In this document: positions 8,571 to 18,082 of the stretch, piece after piece
Layout: every line of letters starts with the position of its first letter
Numbering within the stretch: the stretch's first letter is position 1
Assembly (NCBI GenBank): GCA_977017575.1
Contig: CDRNVI010000044.1
Span: 806,001-870,000, forward strand
DNA: 64,000 nt
Origin: Paramoeba atlantica
Lineage: Eukaryota > Protista > Discosea
Direction of reading: 5' to 3'
Program-made: the position numbers and the translations under genes
The notes under the pieces: model-generated
The model's input: only the letters and a program-made list of their open reading frames with translations
Database searches by the model: none
What the model was told of the DNA's origin: nothing

Positions 8571-11500
8571 CTAGGCAAAAAAATACTTGCTTTGCAACAC
8601 ATCCTGTAGGTTCAACGTTCCTTTCTCCGGGGGGTCTGGTAGTGATACCCCATGTCTGCGCAAGTCAATAAAGTACTGTTCTTCCCACTGCTCTTTCAAC
8701 TCCCATAAGGGGTCGTAATTAGAATACAAATTCGCAAACTCTTGTCGCAAAACGCGGCTGAGATCGGGCAAGTGCGCGGCGTGGGTCCAAAAAGAGTCAT
8801 GCACGGCGACCATACTAAGGTTCAGTCGGTCCATCTCCAGTGCAGTCATCGCCAGGTGGCACGCATCCAAAGAATGAATCACATTCGGCGGAAGTGCGCT
8901 GAGTTGTGAGCGACTCGCATGGTTAACCATTCCACATTCTACTTTAATACACCCTGATGGGGTGAAAATTGGGGTATTGGAGCCCTTCGTGTAGGGTTGC
9001 CGCACGATTAGCCCCAGTGGAGTAGTCCACTGGAAACATTGCTGCATGCTAGGGGGCTGACACATCCAGATGCGCGCGGCAACTTTATCCAACCACTGAC
9101 GACAGGCCTGGGCTTTCCCAAAGGTCTTCCCCAGCGAGCGCACCAGCTTGTCACGCAGATACGTAGCCATTTCCTTCATCACCACTGTCGTCCATAGGTG
9201 GTGGTTGTTGTTCTGCATCTCCAACTCCTTTAGAATCATGTCGTGCATTCCAAAGAACGTAACACCGTAGACCTGAGTCATCACTGCCCGTTTGATGGTC
9301 TTTCGCTTCAAGTGACCGGTGTCAAGATTTACCCCGCTACCCAAGCAACGTAGTGCTACAGCATTTTCATTCGCGGCGTCCTCCTCAACCATTGAAATGA
9401 GTTCCTTTAACACGCCCATGTACACATCTTGCGGACGCTTACTGGGAACCAGATTCACGTGTACCCCTCCTTCGTAGTCACGCCCGATCGCACTGTAGTG
9501 TTGCAGCCCGTTACAGCTGCCATCAATGTGGACAGGAATGTGTGAGGGAAAGTCCTCAATGTTTTGACTGTAGGACATTGCGTTGTAGATCTCTCGACAC
9601 GCTTGGAGTGCTTGGAGTGGTTCATCTCCTTCTTGCCACCACCGATCCCCGCCTAGGGGACTCTCCGCGCTCTGGACCAAATCGTCGAGGTGGTCGTCAA
9701 CATATTGAACACGTTCTTCGAAGGTCAGCTTCGTTTGTCCCATTACGTTGGCTAGGTGAACCTTCAACCAATAAAAACCGTCTTTTCCTAGAGGTACGGG
9801 GTCGGCGAATTCGACCATGGCGCGAAAAGGATCTGATCCAGTGTGATTTAATCTTCCAACAAGGGGATACATTCGACCCCTAAAATCAAGTTTATGTGGA
9901 AAATATATTTTGGACTTGTTGACCATCGTACGAGCTGTGCGACACGCCATCAAGTAATGTTGCCGAGACGAGAAAACTTGAAGTGCCCCCGATCTATCTG
10001 CTTCACGTTGAGCGCGAAAAGCGATTCTAGAGTTGTCATCGTACATAAATCTTCGTAGCGACTGAAATTCATCGCTCGTTTCGATGCTTTTACAAGGCAC
10101 GTAGCCAGTCGGCATGCTTAAGTAAGGCAATGGATGAAAAGCAGGCATAATTTTGTGAAATCCAAACCCCTCTACAACAATCATTTCCTGCACGTGTAGA
10201 ATAAAGCGGTTGATGCGCCAAGGAACCCGAGAAAGACAGTCCATGGCAGCCATCATTGGTGGTTTTGTGCGCACGAAGAGGTCACTCATAGCACCAAGGA
10301 CTGGCTTACTGGGCAGCATGCGATAGATACCTTTATCTTGATCGGCGTCCATCCATCCCCGATGCTCGAATTGGGGTGGCAGTGCGACTTTCAGGTCCGT
10401 ACTCGGTTTCTGCCAGGTAAGCCCTAGTACGGAAAAATCGTCAACTTCACAAGGCGGGATAAACCTGAGTAGTGGAGCATCTTTTCTTGCGCCGAAGCCG
10501 TTCAACGTAGGGTTAATGGTGCTAATGGTAAGTAGATACATAAAAATAGTACACATGAAAGCCACTGTCTTTGTACTCATTGGAATTATGTTGTGTTCCT
10601 TTTCTAGATGTCGCAACCTGTCCCATGAAACGGTTTTACTAAAGAGTAACTCATGGCGACTGTAAACACTCATTCGCTTGTATAATTCTCCATACCGCAG
10701 GTGAAAAGCCATATCTTTTGTTACACCTACAAGAAGCTCGTACAGTGAATATGTCCCTGGTGCCTCTGATGCCACGCGTGCAACTTGCCACATAATTAAA
10801 CCCAAACGCTCGCGTGAAGGTGGGGTATTGTCCATACCGATGGCTGAAAGATGAGCGTTGTTGATAGTTTCGAATAAGGTGACATCCAATCTCACCTTTT
10901 CATTTGGCAAACTGCAGTAGCCATTTAGAGCTTCAATAGCATCAATGTGGTCGTCTTTAAGTTCAACTTCAAGATCGTATCGCAAAATGCGCGTGAAATC
11001 TCGAACAAAAGGTATCGAAATAGAGGTGGAAACCGAATCTGTGAATACTTTCATGATGCGCACAGTAGTGACACCCAACAAAATGTCGTCAAATATTTTT
11101 TCGCTCACTTCACTTAGGATAGGAATATCGTTTCTTACTAAGCGTTCCCATTGTTGAAATTGAGACGCCAATGTGAGTACAAATTCTGGCACATCCTTGC
11201 TGGTATTAATCTGAGCAAATCTACTCTTATGACGTGTAATTCTCTCTGACAGAGCAGAAGCGACGTTCTCATTTTGCAGGTTCTTCAAGTTTAATGAATG
11301 CTCAACCTCACTTTCAAGTGTATCAAGAAGTCCCATCATACGACTAAGTGAGAGCATATTGTCTTCGGAAGTCGGGCGGCATAACACACCTTGATCAACT
11401 AATGTGTTTCCTAAATGGGATGACACAGACATGAACGCAGGACAACCGGTGTGCATTATGTGCTTTGCGCAAAAACGTGAAAACACAGCGACGAGATCCC

Positions 11501-12449
11501 TCAAAGGCACTGTGCGAAGTGCAGCCAACGATTGTTCTCGAAAGGTACGATGAACTCCCCCTACAGCGGCAATTGAGGCCGAATCATATTCTTCGTGCGC
11601 TGCCTTTAGTAAGCGTTGTGCCAGAATTCTCACAGTTCTTCCATGTCGACGGAGAGAGAGCTCCGGTGTCTTCCATGTCATTGTATCTCTTTGAATAGAG
11701 GTTTTGCAGCTGTACTCCAAATGTGCCGCTTCCAAGCTTCGGTCGTTCCATTCACGCGACCGAAGTGCCTTCTTAGTTTCTTCTTCAATTTGTCCGAACT
11801 TTTGGGTGACACTCGAGAAGCCATAGGTTCCTTCAGCTTCTTCCTCGGCATGGTGAATTAGTTCAAGCAACAGTTGTGTTTGTTTACGGGTACCCGGGGT
11901 ACATACGAATTCTTCCATTGGCGTTACTCGTGCATTCCGTTTGGATCGAATAAAGCGCGCCAGATCAAATTGTCGCATAGTATGCAGTTCGTCAGTTAAG
12001 TGCAAGGCTACATTAATTTCTGGTGGAGTCTCTTCCTGAAGTACTCTACGATCTGCAAGGTCTTGAAAGGTTAGAACTGATTCTGTATTAGAGTTCGACG
12101 ATTCAGTCCTGGAGTTCAGTTGGTCCAACGTACCATCACCCGTTTTAGAGTCTATTTTCTCGGGAGTACTGTGAAGAGACCCAAGATCCATAACGTTTTG
12201 AAATGTATGTGGCTCAACAAAAGATGCACTTTCGTCCATACCAAATAACATCCGAGTATAGCAAAAGATCCTCCGCTGGGTTCTTACCAGAATGTTCGAA
12301 TAACCAATGTTAATTCCAGAATCTGTCCTGTTTTCATAGCAAAAAAAAACACGGGGAATGTGGGACCTCGCGCAGATAGGAGAAGTCGTCCATGAATTCG
12401 CGGGTGTGACTAGGCTAGTCACACAAACCAAAGCTTTCTTGCGACTCAT
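8571..12449 (-). CDS. POLRMT: Mitochondrial single-subunit (T7/T3-type) DNA-directed RNA polymerase
   Basis: LDFRGRMYP, motif A PVHIDGSCNGLQHY, motif B RKTIKRAVMTQVYG, PPNVIHSLDA, motif C VHDSFW. The exact start is uncertain. Confidence 0.95.
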   Translation of the reverse strand: MSRKKALVCVTSLVTPANSWTTSPICARSHIPRVFFCYENRTDSGINIGYSNILVRTQRRIFCYTRMLFGMDESASFVEPHTFQNVMDLGSLHSTPEKIDSKTGDGTLDQLNSRTESSNSNTESVLTFQDLADRRVLQEETPPEINVALHLTDELHTMRQFDLARFIRSKRNARVTPMEEFVCTPGTRKQTQLLLELIHHAEEEAEGTYGFSSVTQKFGQIEEETKKALRSREWNDRSLEAAHLEYSCKTSIQRDTMTWKTPELSLRRHGRTVRILAQRLLKAAHEEYDSASIAAVGGVHRTFREQSLAALRTVPLRDLVAVFSRFCAKHIMHTGCPAFMSVSSHLGNTLVDQGVLCRPTSEDNMLSLSRMMGLLDTLESEVEHSLNLKNLQNENVASALSERITRHKSRFAQINTSKDVPEFVLTLASQFQQWERLVRNDIPILSEVSEKIFDDILLGVTTVRIMKVFTDSVSTSISIPFVRDFTRILRYDLEVELKDDHIDAIEALNGYCSLPNEKVRLDVTLFETINNAHLSAIGMDNTPPSRERLGLIMWQVARVASEAPGTYSLYELLVGVTKDMAFHLRYGELYKRMSVYSRHELLFSKTVSWDRLRHLEKEHNIIPMSTKTVAFMCTIFMYLLTISTINPTLNGFGARKDAPLLRFIPPCEVDDFSVLGLTWQKPSTDLKVALPPQFEHRGWMDADQDKGIYRMLPSKPVLGAMSDLFVRTKPPMMAAMDCLSRVPWRINRFILHVQEMIVVEGFGFHKIMPAFHPLPYLSMPTGYVPCKSIETSDEFQSLRRFMYDDNSRIAFRAQREADRSGALQVFSSRQHYLMACRTARTMVNKSKIYFPHKLDFRGRMYPLVGRLNHTGSDPFRAMVEFADPVPLGKDGFYWLKVHLANVMGQTKLTFEERVQYVDDHLDDLVQSAESPLGGDRWWQEGDEPLQALQACREIYNAMSYSQNIEDFPSHIPVHIDGSCNGLQHYSAIGRDYEGGVHVNLVPSKRPQDVYMGVLKELISMVEEDAANENAVALRCLGSGVNLDTGHLKRKTIKRAVMTQVYGVTFFGMHDMILKELEMQNNNHHLWTTVVMKEMATYLRDKLVRSLGKTFGKAQACRQWLDKVAARIWMCQPPSMQQCFQWTTPLGLIVRQPYTKGSNTPIFTPSGCIKVECGMVNHASRSQLSALPPNVIHSLDACHLAMTALEMDRLNLSMVAVHDSFWTHAAHLPDLSRVLRQEFANLYSNYDPLWELKEQWEEQYFIDLRRHGVSLPDPPEKGTLNLQDVLQSKYFFA

Positions 12450-12638
12450 TAATAAAAGGTCTTAGATGGCAGAAAATAAAGTGAAATTTACATTACTGTA
12501 ATTCGTGAATAGAGATGTAGAGCGGTAATGCATTGTATTAACTTACTCCAACTCCAAAATAAACCCTCAAAATTTCCGGAAAAGAATATGTTGCACCTTT
12601 GTATCCTCTATTGCTGCATGCGACGGTTCTGGAACGAA

Positions 12639-13007
12639 CTACCAATCATCATCGTCTCTCGTCTTACGGAGAAATGTAATTTGATTACGAAGTCCATTAG
12701 ACTCATTTTCCTGTTGGGATAACGATGATAAGATGCTTTTAAGAGTGTCATCCGACACTGGCGGTAACAATCGCCGTGTTTGGACGGATTTAGCAATGTG
12801 CTGAGACACCAAACGAGCTCTCTCCGGTTTTACCACCTCAATGCGCTTTAAGCGCTCTCTTGCTTCTGCGCTTAACATGGCACGCATGAACGTATCAGCT
12901 TTCTCTATTTGTTGAGCCTCTTTTTCCTTCTCGGCTTGAAGTGCGGCCGGTGATGGAATATTGTTATTGACAGGACCTCCTCCGGAGTCGGTTGTATAAG
13001 AAGACAT
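12639..13007 (-). CDS. PDCD5: PDCD5-family dsDNA-binding protein
   Basis: MRAMLSAEARERLKRIEVVKPERARLV...VSDDTLKSIL and acidic DDDDW end. Start MSSYTT at 13007. Confidence 0.88.
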   Translation of the reverse strand: MSSYTTDSGGGPVNNNIPSPAALQAEKEKEAQQIEKADTFMRAMLSAEARERLKRIEVVKPERARLVSQHIAKSVQTRRLLPPVSDDTLKSILSSLSQQENESNGLRNQITFLRKTRDDDDW

Positions 13008-13348
13008 TTTAAGAAAATGTGAATTATATAGTAGCTCAAAAAACACGTAGGTTGACTAAACAAATAACGACGTAATTGCTCAAAACAATTTGTATGTAAT
13101 TTTCCAAATCTTTCCACCGGTATAATAAGTCCTTGACGTGCGTAGTAGAAACTAGTTGTTCTATGTATACACCTACTGGGACTTCACTGTATTTTGTGCC
13201 TTAAATATTTGCAGCATGCCTTCCCAAATCTAACTGAATATAAATAAACAAAGGACAATACGTTGGGTGTAGTCATCCCTTCAATAAGTTCGTTAAATTG
13301 CAAAAATATACAAGCTGTTAGACACGTGATCAAACTCGGACGAAGTGG

Positions 13349-14944
13349 TTAGCTCTTCTTGGTATTTGACCCGACAAAAACGTAAACAAGAGCAATTAAA
13401 GATGCCCAAACGAAAGATGCAACGGGGTTCACGATTAGCATTTCTGTAACGGTGATTGCGTACACATAGTGGGTAGGGGAGCGTAATGAAAGCACATGTG
13501 AAGAGTTCACAATATAACTACTAAGCAAAATATTGGTAGACCAAATCATAATACCTATTGAGAAATATCCAAATAGGAAATCGAATCGCAAGCCGTCATT
13601 GATATGGATCGAAAAACACAGCAATGGAAGCGCCAACCAATTCAATCGTAGGCCTCTCGTGTTCGATATACAAAGTATCATTACGGCAAAAGCGCCGTAA
13701 ATTGATATTAGAACAATGCTCCCGGGGAGGAAATATTTGGCAGAAATCGGAAACCAAAGGTTGGTGGAGTGATGCAGTCGCTCTTCTAAATTACTGATAG
13801 AATGAACGAAATGCTCAAGCCACAAAGTCAACTTCGCGTCTTCAGTAGTGTTAGAATCGACGCCCTCTATTCTTGATATGTTCCTTGAACAACGGTAGGA
13901 CGGCATAATCAAAGAAACACTGGGTACATCCTGCGCTATAAATTCTGCTCGTAAGTGCTCCCTATCTGGAAGTTTTTTCAATGTAGAAATTAAGAACATC
14001 CAGTAGTACATCAAACTAGAGAAATCAGGAGCAAACAATTCGTCCCGGTGCAAAAGCGGAAGTAAACGAGATATATCACCCATTTTTACAGCTAAATTCA
14101 CAAAATCTAAATTTGGTACTTGCGTACTAAAGCCACGAAACTGTATTTGCGGCTGACTGGAGTCTTGAACTTGGTTTCGATCAAGTGAAATCATGCAAAA
14201 CGTATAAAGTCCTTGCCTTGCGAGATGTTCCTTTAACGAAAAGCCAGATCCGAGCGATGGTGCAGTTAAGGCAATGACCAAGTCACGACTAAGCCATCCT
14301 GCAGTTGCACAGACGTCCATAAACCTTATAACACTAGGAAGCAGACTACTCGCAGTGTCGTGGAAGAGGTGTATTAAAATAATTTCGTTACTGTTCAGTC
14401 GTGTCGCGCGAAGAGTAAAAATTACCAATCGCAAAGATTCGATTCCGTGATCTGAGTGAATATTTTCGTATTCACAGTTCGAGCAAATAGCTGAAAACTG
14501 TAGTACGGCTGCACTGTACAAATCAAGGCGATCAGCAAAATTGAATTTGCTATCTTTTTCGTATGAAGTGAATGATTCAACGGGGGCATCTAAAAGTTGC
14601 TCGTGTAATTGACATGAACCTTGATGGGGAACGGAAGCATGAGACTTCGCGTTCACGTGGTTTCTCTTGTTTAAACGAATCGTCGACTGTTGCGCATCAC
14701 GTTCCACGTTATGTGCTAAAGATTTTTCACGTTCTTGTTCGTACATTCCGTACACAGTAATGTGCTTAGGATCCGTGCTCAATGATGTGGCACCCCCAGG
14801 AAGTAGTGCATTTTCATCTGAATACCACGCACGTGCAAAGAAAATGGGTCCGAGGTAGAGTAATGAGAAAAGCAACAGTATTAGAGTCCATAATGCGGCA
14901 ACTCGAAGGTGAGCTATAAAACGTAGTGCAACTTTTCGTATCAT
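13349..14944 (-). CDS. GAA1: GPI transamidase subunit Gaa1/GPAA1
   Basis: N-terminal TM then YSDENALLPG, PNLDFVN and LEERLHHS motifs; multi-TM C-terminus. Confidence 0.85.
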   Translation of the reverse strand: MIRKVALRFIAHLRVAALWTLILLLFSLLYLGPIFFARAWYSDENALLPGGATSLSTDPKHITVYGMYEQEREKSLAHNVERDAQQSTIRLNKRNHVNAKSHASVPHQGSCQLHEQLLDAPVESFTSYEKDSKFNFADRLDLYSAAVLQFSAICSNCEYENIHSDHGIESLRLVIFTLRATRLNSNEIILIHLFHDTASSLLPSVIRFMDVCATAGWLSRDLVIALTAPSLGSGFSLKEHLARQGLYTFCMISLDRNQVQDSSQPQIQFRGFSTQVPNLDFVNLAVKMGDISRLLPLLHRDELFAPDFSSLMYYWMFLISTLKKLPDREHLRAEFIAQDVPSVSLIMPSYRCSRNISRIEGVDSNTTEDAKLTLWLEHFVHSISNLEERLHHSTNLWFPISAKYFLPGSIVLISIYGAFAVMILCISNTRGLRLNWLALPLLCFSIHINDGLRFDFLFGYFSIGIMIWSTNILLSSYIVNSSHVLSLRSPTHYVYAITVTEMLIVNPVASFVWASLIALVYVFVGSNTKKS

Positions 14945-15029
14945 ACTTGTTCAATAGATTTATTTTATTCCTAAATGAGCAAGCGCATTGTGAACCCAAA
15001 TCAAGCCTTGCATTTTATTGCAGGGTCCT

Positions 15030-15314
15030 CTAATTCTCGTGATGGGACTCCTGCCCTTCTTCGTCGTGTATATTATTCGGCGACAATTCGAATCGCAAAT
15101 CCTCTAGCCCCTCTGCATTATCAGTAAACGTAGCAAATTGTTCTAAATGAGCACAGTCCGATAATAGAACTTCTTTGTGGAATAGTTGTTGATGATTTAC
15201 TTGAAAACCAAGTATAGTTGAAATGCGTTCCTTTACATGAGCAACTGTGTCGCTTAATTGACATTGCAGAAAAACTGTTTGCCTGCGTCTTTTAATTACC
15301 ACATGAATGGACAT
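15030..15314 (-). CDS. ELOB: Elongin B-like ubiquitin-fold protein
   Basis: IHVVIKRRRQTVFLQCQLSDTVAHVKERISTIL...QQLF matches the Elongin B pattern (VFLMIRRHKTTIF...STV..LK). Confidence 0.7.
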   Translation of the reverse strand: MSIHVVIKRRRQTVFLQCQLSDTVAHVKERISTILGFQVNHQQLFHKEVLLSDCAHLEQFATFTDNAEGLEDLRFELSPNNIHDEEGQESHHEN

Positions 15315-15686
15315 GCCAGCTATACAGTTTACATAAGAAAGTCACATAAGAAAGTTTACATGTACGAACGAGAAAGTTATTATAGCAAAAAGGTCGCTCA
15401 TAACAACTCTTGTTATATCGTTAAGTTTATCATAAGGGACCCTAAGGTCCACCCACAAATTGGACGACTTGCTTTCCAGACGTGTCCCCCTTTAAAGTAG
15501 GAAATTTAAATATGGAATTTAAAATTCAACTGATGTTTATATCCATCTTTACGCCGAAAAAGTGGATTGATATTTCTAAGGGAACGACGGTACGTGCAGG
15601 AACCGGGAATTTTCGTGTATGTCTCGGTGCGAAAGCATGCCTAGCGGAGCTATAGCTACTGTAGGGCAATACGGACCATTAAAGCG

Positions 15687-16634
15687 CTATATTCGACGAA
15701 CAACAGCACACCAATTGTCGTTATCATAGTAAGTCTTTTCCACGATAAAAAGATCACCACACATGGCAAGTAACGACTCAAGTTCCCCTTTCTTATAGAG
15801 GTGGCAATACCTGAGGTACTTCTTAAGAAAGGGGGGGCCTTTATCAGGTTCCTTACGAACTTTGTGCGTAACGTTCTCTCCTGAAATCAAAGGCGCTTCT
15901 TCCTTATTACTGTTGTTACCTAGCTGCTTTTGACTAGCCATCCAGGGAATAAATGTATCCTGATCTTCAGTGATTCGCTTTTTCTGTTCGAAAGCCCACG
16001 CATAGAGCAACAGAGCTGACCCCTTACGTAACACCCGGCCAGCTTCACGTAGTAGTTGCAAGCGACGTGCTTTCGTGCTGATGTGGTGCAGAACCGCAAT
16101 ACAAATTCCGCCTTCAAATGTACCGCTGCGAAAAGGAAGGTGTAACGCATTGCCAACACATAGCTCTCTTCGGATGTCTTGCTTGGAAGCCATGCTAAGC
16201 AAGTTTGAACAATAATCAACCCCAATCACACGGGGCGTGCGTGAATTCTGTTCTTCATATTTTGAGAATGATTCTGGAAATCGGGCTCCAAACTTAATTG
16301 AATCCGCACAGACGTTGCTGATATAGTGAGAATCAAAATGTGGTATGTTCTTACCATTTCCACAGCCTATATCAATCCACAATGGTGATTCGCAAAACGT
16401 CTCGTCCGAGCACTTAGCTCCAGACTCAGAAGGGATGCCTATTTTGGTTTTTTGCACAGAGAACTTTTCCGGTTTCTCGATGAAAAAGTTGTGAACTATA
16501 AACTTTTCAACCAAAGGCCAAGTTTTGTATCGTGTGTTGCTAAAATGATGTGCAATATCCTGATAAACATTATGTACGTGTAATTTCTCGTACGCAACGG
16601 CGGCACTTTCTTCACTCGATTCATTATTATACAT
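15687..16634 (-). CDS. TRM9: tRNA wobble-uridine carboxymethyltransferase, Trm9/ALKBH8 methyltransferase domain
   Basis: YEKLHVHNVYQDIAHHFSNTRYKTWP, IDIGCGNGK, IAVLHHIST, YLRYCHLYKKGEL, YDNDNW. Likely start MYNNES at 16634. Confidence 0.88.
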   Translation of the reverse strand: MYNNESSEESAAVAYEKLHVHNVYQDIAHHFSNTRYKTWPLVEKFIVHNFFIEKPEKFSVQKTKIGIPSESGAKCSDETFCESPLWIDIGCGNGKNIPHFDSHYISNVCADSIKFGARFPESFSKYEEQNSRTPRVIGVDYCSNLLSMASKQDIRRELCVGNALHLPFRSGTFEGGICIAVLHHISTKARRLQLLREAGRVLRKGSALLLYAWAFEQKKRITEDQDTFIPWMASQKQLGNNSNKEEAPLISGENVTHKVRKEPDKGPPFLKKYLRYCHLYKKGELESLLAMCGDLFIVEKTYYDNDNWCAVVRRI

Positions 16635-16876
16635 TGTTTTCACATGAATTCTTTTATGGTTTGGTAATCGAAATATTTCAGTAAAACTATTTCGGTAAAT
16701 TGCCGTTCTTGTATGAGATATATACAGCTCATACTCTAAATGATACTCTGATGTATATAACTCATACTCTGTATAAGGGACTACGGGTATGATCTCACGT
16801 GATCTCGTTTTGAGATCGTTCAGCCACCTTCCCGAGCCTAATCCGCTCCGAGAGACCTGGTGGATTGTCAACGTCA

Positions 16877-16905
16877 GTGCAACAAATTAGCATACTCAGT
16901 ATAAT
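16877..16905 (+). promoter_or_regulatory. Sigma70-like promoter of the IS30 remnant (-35 GTGCAA inside the IR, 17-bp spacer, -10 TATAAT)
   Basis: Perfect TATAAT at 16900-16905, exactly 17 nt after GTGCAA. The -35 match is weak and the region is AT-rich. Confidence 0.35.
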
Positions 16906-16998
16906 TAAAAAATTGTCATAATCAGCGCAACAAAAGGCTAGTTTTGTTTCTACATAATAGTAGATAAGATTCAGGTCCTTACTTTTTTCACTTCATTC

Positions 16999-17314
16999 AT
17001 GGCAAAGTACAGAAGATTAACCCAGAACGATCGCAAAGACATTCAAACGATGTTTGAAAGTGGTGACACGAAGAGGGAAATTGCACGGTCGATCGACAAG
17101 TCGACAAGTACAGTACAGTGTATGTCATCAGCTGGCACGCAATAGGAAAAGAGGCGCTCAGTACTGTTCTAGCCGTGCTCATCGTGTTGCCAAGAGACGA
17201 CTGGTTAAAAAAGGGACCAGATCGCCCATAATTCGATCCAGCCTTGAAAAAACTGTAAAAACTGCAAAGACCCGTCCCCGAAATCTTTATATCCCGGAGC
17301 CACTTCAAACATAG
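16999..17314 (+). pseudogene. IS30-type transposase N-terminal HTH fragment, frameshifted
   Basis: ATG 16999 gives MAKYRRLTQNDRKDIQTMFESGDTKREIARSIDKSTSTV. Removing 7 nt (17116-17122) continues it as CHQLARNRKRGAQYCSSRAHRVAKRR, which aligns with the IS30 HTH (HLTLSER..I......SIRAIA..LNRSPSTISREV.RNRGRRYY). Confidence 0.7.
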
Positions 17315-17453
17315 GATATGCAGGGGAGTCATCAAAAAGTCGGAGGGTATACTGTCCCCCCCACTTAAATGAAACCCGGATTTGGAATAAAATTGCGCAT
17401 AATTAGCCGGGTCAAAAAAAGTGGTATTTTTTTTAACATGGTTTTACTGTGTA

Positions 17454-17635
17454 ACCCGGGGTAAAGTGGATGAGGGAGATACCAATGGAGTAGGTGTGGT
17501 AGTTTCCCACAGGAAAAACGGCATCTCCCTCATGGCATGAAGACAGGTGCCTAAAAAGGTGGAGATGCCATTTTTCCTGTGGGAAACTGCCGTAACTACA
17601 CTATTGGTATCTCCCTCGTCCGCTTCACCCCGGGT
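17454..17635. repeat. Long imperfect inverted repeat (75-bp arms, 32-nt loop)
   Basis: Arm 17454-17528 matches the reverse complement of 17561-17635 at 65/75 positions with no gaps. Confidence 0.92.
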
Positions 17636-17754
17636 GTTATTTTTCCATGTACTTCCCCTTTTTATGACTACCATTTTTTTCGAAAAAAGAAAATCAGAAA
17701 AAATGAGAATCCATTCAATTTCTGCAAATAAAGTGCTTCCAACGTTCAACAGGT

Positions 17755-17834
17755 CAATTCTGAGAATTGTCACAAAAATTTGCAAAAACGTGCTTTTTTA
17801 CGGGGCAATGTGCAACTGACCATTCTCAAAATTG
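17755..17834. repeat. Short inverted repeat (18-bp arms)
   Basis: CAATTCTGAGAATTGTCA (17755-17772) vs reverse complement of 17817-17834: 16/18 match. Confidence 0.6.
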
Positions 17835-18082
17835 TGACTTGCATTGTAGTCCGCACGTATTTTCGTCAGGCATTTGCTGAGGGCATTTAGCAAAATACAT
17901 CAAGTAAGGATCCTTTGAGCGTATTTCTAAGTGAGAAAAAGTCTGTCTAGGACGTTAGCCTGACGTGCTACTGAGGCATGTTCAAAAACAATGTCATAAA
18001 TATTCAGAATATGACCATTGATATGCAGGAGAATATAATAAAAACGCAACTACCGGTGACGCACTTTTTAACGTAGATTTTG

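Larger units (their letters stand above)
16859..17314 (+). mobile_element. Truncated IS30-family insertion sequence remnant (left IR plus N-terminal HTH of transposase)
   Basis: 26-bp GGTGGATTGTCAACGTCAGTGCAACA (16859-16884) ends in the GCAACA typical of IS30-family IRs. An IS30-like HTH reading frame starts 115 bp later. No right IR or DDE domain was seen. Confidence 0.65.

Noticed and set aside
17349-17380. TA-CTGTCCCCCCCACTTAAATGAAACC, resembling a Tc1-type terminus
   Set aside because: No inverted partner found in the window, so it cannot be called a TIR.
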